A stretch of DNA of 64,000 nucleotides from Neoechinorhynchus agilis (Eukaryota; Animalia; Acanthocephala). Below are positions 1 to 10,370 of this stretch, one piece after another; position 1 is the stretch's first letter; each line of letters starts with the position of its first letter. The notes under the pieces were generated by a model that saw only the letters and a program-made list of their open reading frames with translations, was not told the origin of the DNA and did not search any database. The position numbers and the translations under genes are program-made. The stretch is from NCBI GenBank assembly GCA_051530055.1, contig CM121342.1, forward strand, positions 2,886,797 to 2,950,796, given 5' to 3'.

Positions 1-515
1 TAATCTAACTTTTATTCTGATTGGCTAACGTATATCTTGCTGGCATAATCAATATTTTGGTTAATTCCTTCCGCAACACTAAATCTGTGCTATGAGAAAA
101 TAATTGTTCAAGTAATATTTGGAAATTTGAGCGACAGTTTATAACTGTCAAACGAATTTTTGTGTTTCTCGGTGCATGAATGAACGTAAAAATGAACCGA
201 AAAATGAATACTGTCTTCAAATGGTTGCAATGATTAATTTGGTTTCAAATTGCTTACTAAATTCACACAATCGAGTTTTTTACTTTGAATAAACATAATG
301 GATGTCACATTTTATGTTTTTACCGTTGGTAAATCTTTATATTAGTTAAACAAATCGCACTAACATTAAAAGATTTAATATTAAAAGTAAAAAAAGCGTT
401 GGAAATCTAGAGCATATTGAGGATGAATCCTAAATGCTATTTTCTCCCAAACATTAAGTGGCTAAAATTTAGATCATTCTTTTATTCAGTTAAAATTATA
501 CAAATCTGTGGATCT

Positions 516-866
516 TCAATGCTTAGGCTTCTTGCGGTTACGTCTCGAACCCTTCCGTTTATGTACTGGGAATAAATCCTTTTCTCCGGCAAAATACTCA
601 AATTCATCGACACCAAAATTGTACAGCGCGGGCTCCGCAGTGAAATCCACATTTCCATCCTTTGAACCTCTGCATTTCTTCTCGCAGGCTCGGTAGCATG
701 CTTCGAAAGTTTCTCTGGTTTGATCGACCCTTTGCCAAGTTATGTATTTTTCGTGGCACTTTCCGATGCAATGACAGCGGTCTTCGAAGGATGATACAAA
801 GGTGCAGAGACCGAGAACAACGGCGATGATGAGCATGAGGTGTTGAAGGGTTATGAACGCTGACAT
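516..866 (-). CDS. Secreted Cys-rich peptide precursor, copy 1 (116 aa)
   Basis: Hydrophobic N-terminal signal-like segment, then C-x-C-x3-C-x19-C-x3-C-x3-C, an acidic/aromatic segment and a basic tail. AATAAA lies ~30 nt after the stop. Paralogous to three neighbours. Confidence 0.9.
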   Translation of the reverse strand: MSAFITLQHLMLIIAVVLGLCTFVSSFEDRCHCIGKCHEKYITWQRVDQTRETFEACYRACEKKCRGSKDGNVDFTAEPALYNFGVDEFEYFAGEKDLFPVHKRKGSRRNRKKPKH

Positions 867-960
867 TGGGAGGAAGGTTGGCTAGCCGAAGGGTTTCCTT
901 CCTATTCAGCTTACATTTTTTAACAATAGTAGCCGTGGTAACTAAAAATTTTCGGTAGCT

Positions 961-990
961 TAATTTTTATTCTGATTGGCTAACGCATAT
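961..990 (-). promoter_or_regulatory. Conserved CCAAT-box block ~110 bp upstream of the peptide genes
   Basis: ctgATTGGc occurs at 20-24, 975-979, 1892-1896 and 3679-3683, which is 109-110 bp from the ATGs of copies 1-3. The copy-4 box is displaced to 7884-7888. Confidence 0.65.
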
Positions 991-1470
991 TTTACTGGCA
1001 TAATCAATATTTGTGTTAATTCCTTCCGCAACACTAAATCTGTACCATGAGAAAATAATTGTTCAAGTAATATTTGGAAATTTGAGCGACAGTTTATAAC
1101 TGTCAAACGAATTTTTGTGTTCCTCGGTTCATGAATGAACGTACAGATGAACCGAAAAATGAATACTGTCTTCAAATGGTTGCAATGATTAATTTGGTTT
1201 CAAATCGCTTACTAAATTCACACAATCGAGTTTTTTAACTTATAATAAACATAATGGATGTCAAATTTTATGTTTTACCGTTGGTAAATCTTTATATTAG
1301 TTAAACAAATCGCACTAACATTAAAAGATTTAATATTAAAAGTAAAAAAAGTGTTGGAAATCTAGAGCATATTGAGGATGAATCCCTAATGCTATTTTCT
1401 CCCAAACATTAAGTAGCTAAAATTTAGATCATTCTTTTATTCAGTTAAAATTACACGGATCTGTGGATCT

Positions 1471-1782
1471 TTAATGCTTCTTGCCGTGGTGCCGTGAACC
1501 CTTTTCTCCGGGTAAATATTCGATTTCGTCGACATTGAAGTAATACAGCTCTGGCTCAGCCGTGAAATCTACATTCCCATCCTTTGAATCTTTGCACTTA
1601 ATCGCACAGGCCTGTTTGCATGCATCGATATTTTTTGGAGTTTGGTCAATTTTATTCCACTTTTTTGACCTTTCCTGACATTTGGCAGCACACGAGCATT
1701 TGTCTTGAGCGTATGACTCAAGAATGGCGATGCTGAAGACGATGGCGATGATAAGAAAGAGGTTGCTCCTGAACGCTGACAT
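1471..1782 (-). CDS. Secreted Cys-rich peptide precursor, copy 2 (103 aa)
   Basis: MSAFRSNLFLIIAIVFSIAILESYA signal-like segment, the same six-Cys spacing, and a poly(A) signal at 1436-1441. Confidence 0.92.
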   Translation of the reverse strand: MSAFRSNLFLIIAIVFSIAILESYAQDKCSCAAKCQERSKKWNKIDQTPKNIDACKQACAIKCKDSKDGNVDFTAEPELYYFNVDEIEYLPGEKGSRHHGKKH

Positions 1783-1994
1783 TGGGAGGAAGGTTGGCTA
1801 GCTGAAGGGTTATCTTCCTATTCAGCTTACATTTTTTAACAATAGTAGCCATAGTTACTCAGAACTTTTCTTAAATCTAACTTTTATTCTGATTGGCTAA
1901 CGCATATTTTTTGGGTTTTTTGTTTGATTAGGCATAGGCAATAAGCCATATTTTTTATCGTTTGGTGTAAGATGAGGTTTTTACAACACGCGGC

Positions 1995-2190
1995 GAGCCA
2001 GGGTGGTCAAGTGGACTAATGCTCCTAATCCTAGTTTTGGCCAAATGGTCAGTGGACGAAATAATGCTGGATGGAGGAAACTCACTGATGAGTCCCGCCT
2101 CTCCGAGGGGTATCTGAGAATCCGGAGGGATTCTTACAAACTAATAACCGTATGGTCATGGGCATTGAGCCCATACCAGTACTTCCTAGA
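1995..2190 (+). mobile_element. Partial tRNA-derived SINE (A box present, B box missing)
   Basis: ggtggtcaagtggactaa and ggaggaaactcactgatgagtcccgcctc are homologous to the SINE on the minus strand at 22.42-22.65 kb. Confidence 0.7.
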
Positions 2191-3257
2191 ACAAATCGGT
2201 TGGTTGTGTGTTTATAATTCAATCGCGTATTATTAAAACCTGATCTTACACCACTCAATAAAAAGTAACCGACTTAGCCACTCGTATGATGCAACTACGT
2301 TGATTATTTCATTTAATAATCATATTTCTATACCATTAATAAAAACCAATAGGTCTTTAACACTTCCTTATTGACGGCAAAGCTACCTACCGGTTTCGAC
2401 AACTTGATTTTTAACTTTGGTTTTCCTAATTTCACAACAATAAATGCCATTAATGAAGATATTATGAACGTTCAAAAATTTTAAATGTTTTGTTTTACTG
2501 TGATTATAGCCAACCTTGGCCCATTTTAATACAAAATCGACAGCTGTTAATATATAACATTCAATAAATTTTATTAAAATTCTTATAGCTGACTTTGCGT
2601 CTTGCTTCATCTTATTTAGTACTTTAGTCGAATGCGATGTGCTATACTACTAAGCTATAGAGATATTCAGTTTCTTTATTTTCGTTATTTCCGATCTTCG
2701 TCATTGAAACATATTAAGGTGAACATTTCTTAGAGGAAACTTTAAAACTTGAAATTTAACAAATAAAAAACGGCCATTAATACTAAAGGTTTAGTCATTC
2801 TTCGCGTGATTGGCAGTTTAATAAATACCCTTGCATGCAAATAAGACTGTATAATTATTAATGCCTTAACGATTTCTGCGTTCGGAAATAAACACACAGA
2901 TAAACTTAAAAATACCATCTACCGACATTTTCAATAATTAAGCGGTGTCCATATTCTACGAACTGTCTGTTTTAGCCGATGCCATGCGTTCCTGAAGAGT
3001 TTGATACTTGAAATGAATATAACTTTGGCTAAACATAAAAGACGTCCCATTTAATCGTACTTTATCGCTTGCAGCTCGTTACACTAAACGATCACGGTAC
3101 TTAAACGTCAAAGAATTTGATTCTTAGTAATGAAAATGTGTTTTAAATCTAGAGCATATTGTGGATGAATCCCTAATGCTATTTTCTATCAAACATTAAG
3201 TAGCTAAAATTTAGATCATTCTTTTATTCAGTTAAGATTACACGGATCTGTGGATCT

Positions 3258-3569
3258 TTAATGCTTCTTGCCGTGGTGCCGTGAACCCTTTTCTCCGGGT
3301 AAATATTCAATTTCATCGACATTGAAGTAATACAGCTCTGGCTCCGCCGTGAAATCCACATTCCCATCCTTTGAATCTTTGCACTTAATCGCACAGGCCT
3401 GTTTGCATGCATCGATATTTTTTGGAGTTTGGTCAACTTTATTCCACTTTTTTGACCTTTCCTGACATTTGGCAGCACACGAGCATTTGTCTTGAGCGTA
3501 TGACTCAAGAATGGCGATGCTGAAGACGATGGCGATGATAAGAAAGAGGTTGCTTCTGAACGCTGACAT
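3258..3569 (-). CDS. Secreted Cys-rich peptide precursor, copy 3 (103 aa)
   Basis: Differs from copy 2 by one residue (KIDQ vs KVDQ). Confidence 0.92.
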   Translation of the reverse strand: MSAFRSNLFLIIAIVFSIAILESYAQDKCSCAAKCQERSKKWNKVDQTPKNIDACKQACAIKCKDSKDGNVDFTAEPELYYFNVDEIEYLPGEKGSRHHGKKH

Positions 3570-3818
3570 TGGGAGGAAGGTTGGCTAGCTGAAGGGTTAT
3601 CTTCTTATTCAGCTTACATTTTTTAACAATAATAGCCATAGTTACTCAGAACTTTTCTTAAATCTAACTTTTATTCTGATTGGCTAACGCATATTTTACT
3701 GGCATAATCAATGTTTCGGTAATTTCCTTCCGCCTAGTGCTATTTTCTCCCAAACATAAAGTAGCTACAATTTAGATCATTCTTTTATTCAGTTAAAATT
3801 ATACAAATCTGTGGATCT

Positions 3819-4130
3819 TTAGTGCTTCTTGCCATGGTGCCGTGAACCCTTTTCTCCGGGCAAATATTCAATTTCATCGACATTGAAGTAATACAGCTCT
3901 GGCTCCGCCGTGAAATCCACATTTCCATCCTTTGAACTTTTGCACTTTTTCGCACAGGCTCGGATGCATGCTTCGAAATTTTCTCTTGTTTGGTCAACTA
4001 TATTCCACTGTTTTGATCTGTCGTAACATTTGGGGGCACAAGAGCACTTGTTCTTAGCTTTTGACTCAAGAATGACGATGCTGAGGACGATGGTGATGAT
4101 CAGCACGAGGTTGTTTCTGAACGCTGACAT
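3819..4130 (-). CDS. Secreted Cys-rich peptide precursor, copy 4 (103 aa)
   Basis: The paralog-aligned ATG (MSAFRNNLVL) is at 4130. The ORF-track extension to 4202 matches the paralogs' 5' flank. Same six-Cys spacing. Confidence 0.9.
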   Translation of the reverse strand: MSAFRNNLVLIITIVLSIVILESKAKNKCSCAPKCYDRSKQWNIVDQTRENFEACIRACAKKCKSSKDGNVDFTAEPELYYFNVDEIEYLPGEKGSRHHGKKH

Positions 4131-5832
4131 TTGGGAGGGAGGTTGGCTGTCCGAAGGGTTACCTTGTTGTTCAGCTAACATTTTTTTATCAACAGTAGCC
4201 ATAGCAACTTTAAACTTTCCTTAAATCTAACTTTTGTTAAAAAACTTCGAAATTTTAATTTCGCAATAAGTTTTACAACAATAAAGCACAAAACGTGCAA
4301 TCACCACCGTCCGCGAAATTGGAGCTTCTCTCCTTCCTCGGCTGTCGCTATCACGCTACCAACATTGCCTCGTTGTAATGCGAGCGAGATATTTTGTCGC
4401 AGGAATACACCTGCTCGTGCGTCGCCGGTCGTTTCTCTCAATTTCTTCGAGAGATCCTGGAGCAGAGTGAGTTCCGAGCTACTAAGCGCTCCATACGTCT
4501 CTACTCCAAAGGGGACAAAAGAGTGCGCCTTTGCTAAATCCCTATATTTTCGTACCTTCCTCCCTTCCGTTGCACTGGCTGCATCTCCAGGGATTTCGAG
4601 AGAGTAGGGGAATGTTGCTTACAGCGGCCGTAAAAATACCGAAATTCCTTCACATTACGACCGTCTAGTCGACAAAGATTTGCGGGTTCCAAGATGTTGG
4701 GGAAGTTCGCCGTTCTCAACGCCCGAGAAATTACGCTGTTGATCTCAGAATGGCGTGAGAACCTTCCTCCTTACTTTCGGCAAACGAGACCGTGTCGCCC
4801 GAAAGCATCAACCAAAGACCCACATCGACAGCGATGGGGCGTGCATATCGGGAGACCAAGTCTTAAGGACACTGCGATACTCGTTACCTCATCAGTAAGA
4901 AGAGTTCCCACTGATGCCAGAGGAACAGCCTCCAACCACGCCCCAGATTCTCGTGTTGAAACTGCCAACAGTCTAGCTCGGACGACCCCATCGCGAAAAC
5001 CTGAAAGTAGAGAGCTGTGAGCTCTCGCGACGAGAGGTCTGTCCCAGATCGATTGTCTGAGGCCATTCACGGGAACATGGCTAGCGCCTGTCTGCTGGCA
5101 CCATTCTTCAACTGCCACCACAAAGTCTTGGTCAAGACAAAACTTTCCCCTCAGAATTTTCTTCGCTATCGGTTGACTCCCCTCATACGATCCAAGAAAG
5201 GCGGACAAGGTCTACTAGCGCCCGAATGCCCAATCCCCCAGATGACACAGGGAATGAAGTTTGCCGCCACGCCTCATCTGAGAGCTGGGCATTTAAAATA
5301 CGCTCGAGACATGCCCTCACCTTGTCGTCGAGCTTAGCCAATCCTTATTTATGTATGTAGAATGTTGCTGTGCGGACCTCATATAACAATTTGGGGATAA
5401 AGAATGCGTTCTTTATCAAAAATAACGCCTCATGAGCCGAGAGAGCACTCACTCTATCGCACAGCAACGATAGTTTCGGTATGATGCGGCCGATCTCAGC
5501 TTCCACATTTGAATAAAAGACGCAACTACCAATAGAGGCGTCTTCGATATTTAATACTAGGACCTCACATTTTCCAACATTGAGCTCAATGCCCTTTCTC
5601 GAGGTCTCGGTAATCAGCGTTTCCAAATCGCGCAGTGCAACGGAGGGATCATCTCCGAGCGTAGCATCATCCAAGTACCAAGCATTGAAGCTGGAATGGA
5701 GACAGACCGAGAGGATCTCCTTGCTGCACTCCTCCTTCGGACCAAATGAGGTAGTCTTAGAAAAGCGAAGGTGTCGCGGTCCCGTAGGCGTTGAGAAAAT
5801 ACTGGAAGGCTTACGGCGCGTAATCCCTAATA

Positions 5833-6535
5833 TTGTAGGACTTGGCGAAGAAAGATTGCAATTTAACAATTTGAATTTTCGGCCTGCTCGCTGGCCTTCT
5901 TCAGAATCTAAAATACATTCACACGGTTACTGTTGAATCCTTTGCCCCATCGTGAATATATCAGGCGGAACGCGTAGGTGGAGGGTGTAATCGGCCTTAT
6001 TATGCGTGAATATGTTTATGTGTTGAATAAAAATGGCCGCCATCGTTGTCCTGTCCCTACGGTTTCCGTTCCTCGAAAGGATCTCAGCCCTCTCAAAATT
6101 GATCCTATGTCCATTATCTATGATATGACTAACTATTGCCTAGTTCGTATCCGTCCTTTTGCTGACTGCTCTTCGATGTTCGGTCAATCGTCTCTTTATA
6201 TTACTTGTTTGTCCGATATAAGATTGATCGCAGTCTAGGCATGGGATTTTGTATACATATTCATTGATCATTTCCTCTTTTTCGGGTCGTAAGAGACTGT
6301 TTAGTGTACGCCCTTTTTTACAATATAATTTGTATTCCTTTTTTGTGTCAAGTCGTTTGATTAGAGATTCCATCTTTGAATTCCAATCCCCATTTATGTA
6401 TGGGACTTAAATGTATCTTTTTTCCTCAGTTACCATTTATTCATTCATTTTAATTAGCCATGCATCCTTCCTCGCTCTTTCGATGCATTTCCTTGGGTAC
6501 CCACCTATTTTGAAGATATCCCATAGTCGATCGAC
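5833..6535 (-). mobile_element. 5'-truncated Penelope-like element nested in the CRE RT
   Basis: LWDIFKIGGYP, then GIY-YIG VYKIPCLDCDQSYIGQT. 8-bp TSD CCCTAATA at 5825-5832 and 6536-6543. Removing it rejoins the CRE frame (MFCAIR-DYAP). Confidence 0.92.
5853..5909 (-). ncRNA. Minimal type I hammerhead-like motif at the PLE 3' end
   Basis: CUGAAGA-A-GGCC-8 nt-GGCC-GAA-AAUU-C, with a palindromic stem III. Stem I is weak. Confidence 0.6.
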
Positions 6536-8549
6536 CCCTAATAGCGCAGAACATGCTTTCTCTATTGAGAGAGTTAAAGGCGTTCCGAAAATCGCACTTA
6601 AGAATCACGCACGGCTCTGAGCTTCTCGTAGCAAAGTTTCGGAGCGAGTGGACAATAGCTTCCGCCCCGCAGGATGTGCAGCAGCCCAGTTGGACTGGAC
6701 GAAGTTGCTGTCCGGTTTTCTCTGTAATACGTTTGCAGAGAATTTTTCCTGTGAGTCGGCGTATCGTCGAAGATACGGCGATGGGACGGATCCCACCTTC
6801 TTTTTTGTGAGGGCACACAATGAGGCTCCGAAAAATAGGTCCCTTGCAACGGAGTTCAGGTCCTCTCCAGTCAGGCGGTCGACTATTCGAGAAAGCGCAC
6901 TTCCTAGAGAGAGCTGCTTCACCAGTTGAAAAGGACATCATGTCCTTTAGGTGCTGAGGCCTTAGTCCGTCAAACCCGTGACCCGAACCATTTGCAAAAG
7001 TTGAGATGGCCTTTTTTATCTCTGAAATTTGAGTGGGCGTCCTGTCTTGTATGGGAGGAGATGGACTACTACATGGGTGCTTCGACCGGAGTATTTGTAG
7101 CGTCTCGCTGTCTCCTTGTGCAAAACTGTCGGAGGATGACAATAACCGAACAGCCCCCGAACATCCCCGTCCGCAGGGTTCGAAGAGACACGTTCAGTCA
7201 GTGATAGCATTGAAAAACGGCAACGAAACCATTCCTTCGTGCGTCCCTTACGAACGTCACTTTTTCCTTGATTGTTGATGTCAAAGACACCCCAGAATCA
7301 TCACTGGTGCAAAGGACTAAGCGCAGGACGAAGCAATCGTTGAGCAATCCCGTAAATGCTTTTGCGACTTGATATCGTGCGCCCCTTGGGATCCGTTTCA
7401 GGACGTTCCTGGGCAGAACCCGCACGATATCAGGTATCGAAATAGAATCAATGGTGATCTGAGAGATCCCAGCCATAAACAGATCGGTTGAGTGTGGTGG
7501 AGAACCAGACCCGCAATAGCGGCGGGGACCATGGACAAACAAAACCCCCAGATTGGTTAATTGAAAAGACTTACCGCAAACCGGACACAAACCAGTAGAG
7601 ACGCGTGGGAGCCCGGCGGCGTTGATCTTCTCAAGTTCTGCGTGATCAATAAGTGGCTCGTTCAAGGCGTCTGCGTCAGTAACTTGATGAGCAGAATTTC
7701 GGCCTGGTGTCCCGGTAGCGTTGGGCGTTTCTTCGGTCTTTTCACTTGGCTCGTTTTGGGCGAGCAGGTTTCCGTCTTCATATTTTTGTCTAGCATCCAG
7801 GTTCGGAGCGAGGCGAGGGGACGGCATCGATGTCGTCGGTGGTGGAGGCGGCATCGGTAAGGAGGGATCTAACATTTATTCTGATTGGCGAATTCTTTAA
7901 AGACGAAATATAAAATCTGCCTGTCTGTATTGTTGATTTATTGAAGGCAATATTGCTGAAATACACCCTTTGGTTCAAGTTATAAGTGAATGTTTCTAAC
8001 TTTTTGATAACATTTTAATGCGAGCGCTGCGGTCTCAATTTCTTATTTACGCTTGCGTCGTGCTTGAACTTTACGACTACCTCAAATCTGTTTTCTAGTA
8101 ATTCCCGAACAACTCTTTTCGCGTGCAAAATTCAGTCTTTCCATTTTTTCTTAATTATTTCGTATTTTTGCATTCTATTTATCGAGAATAATAATGAACA
8201 TAGCATTCTTCAAGTCTCTAACACTTTCCTAGCCAACTTCAGAAAAATGTCGCATGTTACTAAGTTTGCGGCCGTTTCAGATGAAGAGCACGGTCTAAAA
8301 AAGAATAATATCCACACTGAAAGTGGTTATCTAGCACAATAATCGCCTTGAGTTTACTGTTTCGAAATCTCTAAGTACGTCGAATGCTCTTGTATACAAA
8401 TTAAACCATTTTGCTCATCACGTCATGACTTGATGTTTTAAATAGAAGACAAGAAACAAAAGCAAAGTTGAGAACCATCGTGGTTTTTTATTTTATTTAG
8501 CATAAAATGATTCGTCAACAACAGTCCACGTATTTTTGAAGAATTTAGC

Positions 8550-10370
8550 CTTTATAATAACACGTTTATTGAAAATACAAAGAAAGGTTTAGGAGGAGCC
8601 ATGTATCTTTGGGTCTTCATCCGTTAATATTGGTATATGCAGTCGAGGGATGTCCGTTCTGGTGATAATATCTGGTCGGAGGGATGTTTATTCAGGTAGG
8701 AACTATCCAGTCGAGGGAGGTTTGTTCGGGTGAGAATGTGTCCGTTCGTTTGAGAATATTCGGTTGGGTTGGAAGGTCTGTTCTGGTGGTAATATCTGAT
8801 CGGGGGGATGTCTATTCGGGTGGGACTATCCAGTAGAGGGAGGTTTGTTCGGGTGAGAATGTGTCCGTTCGTTTGAGAATATCCGGTTGGGTTGGAAGTT
8901 CGGTCCACCCGAGGGAGGCTCGTCCGGGTGAGAATGTGTCCGTTCATTTGAGAATATCCGGTCAGGTTGGAAGTTCGATCCACCCGAGGGAGGCTCGTCC
9001 GGGTGAGAATGTGTCCGTTCGTTTGAGAATATCCGCTTGGGTTGGAAGATCCGTTCTGGTGGGAATTGATGTTTATTGCTTGCAGGAGCGCTTGTAAGGT
9101 TGGTCTTTCCTCAGAAGCCCGAGAAGATTGTGCAGCATGGAAAAAGGAGCGTAGATTTAGAGAGGTGCAAGGTTGATGGAGGATGAAACGAATTAGGATT
9201 ACGAGTGTTATGCTGGTGTGAAAAGGGAGCGATAAATTGTAGAAATTGTGGTTGTAGGGTTAAGAGGCGTTTTGATTGTTTTATGAAAATAGCATCAAGG
9301 CATTCGGTGAGAGGGGGAGTGTCAGTTGTACAAATTTTAGATGCTATTTTTTGAAGAATTTCAAGACGACGGATTAGCGATTTGGGAAGGTTGCAAAATA
9401 TGGGATAACCGTGGGTGAGGTGTGGTAAAATAAAGCAGAAGTAAAATTTGTAGAGATCGGTTGAAGGGATTAATAAATGTCGGGGGCGTCTGAGGAGATA
9501 AATTTTAAAAGTGTTGTGCTTGAGGAAGAGTGATGTGCGAGTCCCATTTCAAATTTGATTAAAATTGGAGACCAGAATTCTTAAGTAAGTGACTCGTAGG
9601 ATGTCATTTAGAAGATCAAGGGATGATGTGGGGTTGCGGGAGAGAAGGGATCATTTCGAAGCATTTAGGGAAGTTGAGGTGTAGTTTGTGATTGGTGCAG
9701 AAATCTTTCATATGGATGATTTCGTTAGAGGTTAAGGAGAGGGAGTGGTGTTTGGTGATTGAGTGATGAGGATGGGATCACCGCCATTTAAGAAAAGTTT
9801 AGAGTAAGACGAGAGCAGTTCAAGTTCGTCCGAGAAAATATCAAAAAGAAATGGTGACAGGACGGAACCTCGAGGTACGCCTTTGGCGAGGGTTATCGAG
9901 GGGGTAGCTCGGCACCGAATGTATTGTTTGCGATTGTGAAGATAAGATTCGGGCCAGCGGATCTGCCACTAGTTGGGACCAAAATCGGAGTAGGCCCGGA
10001 GAAGGAGTGAATGATCCACGGAGTCGAATGCTTTCAATAAGTCCAGTTGAATGAGACGGGTGACTTAGGAGGGATTATTGTCGAGGTTACGTAGAAGCGT
10101 GTCATAAATGCAAAGTAGGGCATCGGTAGCAGAAAATTTGGCTCGGAAGCCGAATTGTAGGGGCGATAATTTGTTGTTGAGAAGTGAAAGAAGGTGAGAT
10201 TTAAAACATTTTTCAATGATTTTTGAAAGAGCGGGTAGAATGGAAATTGGACGGAATGAAGCGCATTTTGGCAAGTTTCGAGGTTGCTCAAAACATTTTG
10301 GATCCACTGTCCCTTCTAGAAAATTTGCTAATTTTTCGTAGAAATCCAAATTGAACCCTACATAGTTGAG
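8550..10370 (-). mobile_element. APE-type LINE (CR1/L2-like), 3' half, decayed RT
   Basis: FRPISILPALSKIIEK, QFGFR, KAFDSVDH and GVPRGSVLSP in shifted frames. AATAAA near 8570. Confidence 0.85.
8620..9060. repeat. Minisatellite (75- and 123-bp units) in the LINE 3' region
   Basis: gagggagg...gggtgagaatgtgtccgttc recurs at ~8713, 8836, 8911 and 8986. Confidence 0.85.

Larger units (their letters stand above)
1..4235 (-). repeat. Tandem gene-duplication array of secreted-peptide genes (basic unit ~955 bp)
   Basis: Bases 1-~450 recur at ~957-1410. The same 3' flank (tttatt = AATAAA on minus at 481, 1436, 3223, 3784) and 5' flank (gggaggaaggttggct...) accompany each ORF. The window starts in the promoter block of a probable further copy to the left. 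Confidence 0.93.
4236..7866 (-). mobile_element. CRE-clade non-LTR retrotransposon (zinc finger, RT, restriction-like endonuclease), 5'-truncated and decayed
   Basis: Motifs: CPVCGKSF...HGP...C, IRPIAV, DFRNAFNS, SEGGVQQGDPLG, WYLDD, SGAWLEAVP, RLGLP...CRCG...HGLVC. 11-bp TSD ATCTAAC(T/A)TTT at 4225-4235 and 7867-7877. Confidence 0.9.

Noticed and set aside
5-1175. 71-aa ORFs MKTVFIFRF... at 5-220 and 960-1175
   Set aside because: These are duplicated spacer sequence, absent from the other two spacers (replaced or deleted), with no coding features.
2003-2236. ORF with a Tc1-like WRKLTDESR motif
   Set aside because: The segment is the body of a tRNA-derived SINE, the frame is not kept in the other copies, and no other transposase motifs are present.
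7867-7875. ATG of ORF 7198-7875 as the CRE start codon
   Set aside because: It lies in the target-site duplication (host sequence), and the element is 5'-truncated.
8620-9060. CRISPR-like repeat-spacer array
   Set aside because: The intervening sequences are themselves repeated, the context is a eukaryotic LINE, and there are no cas genes.
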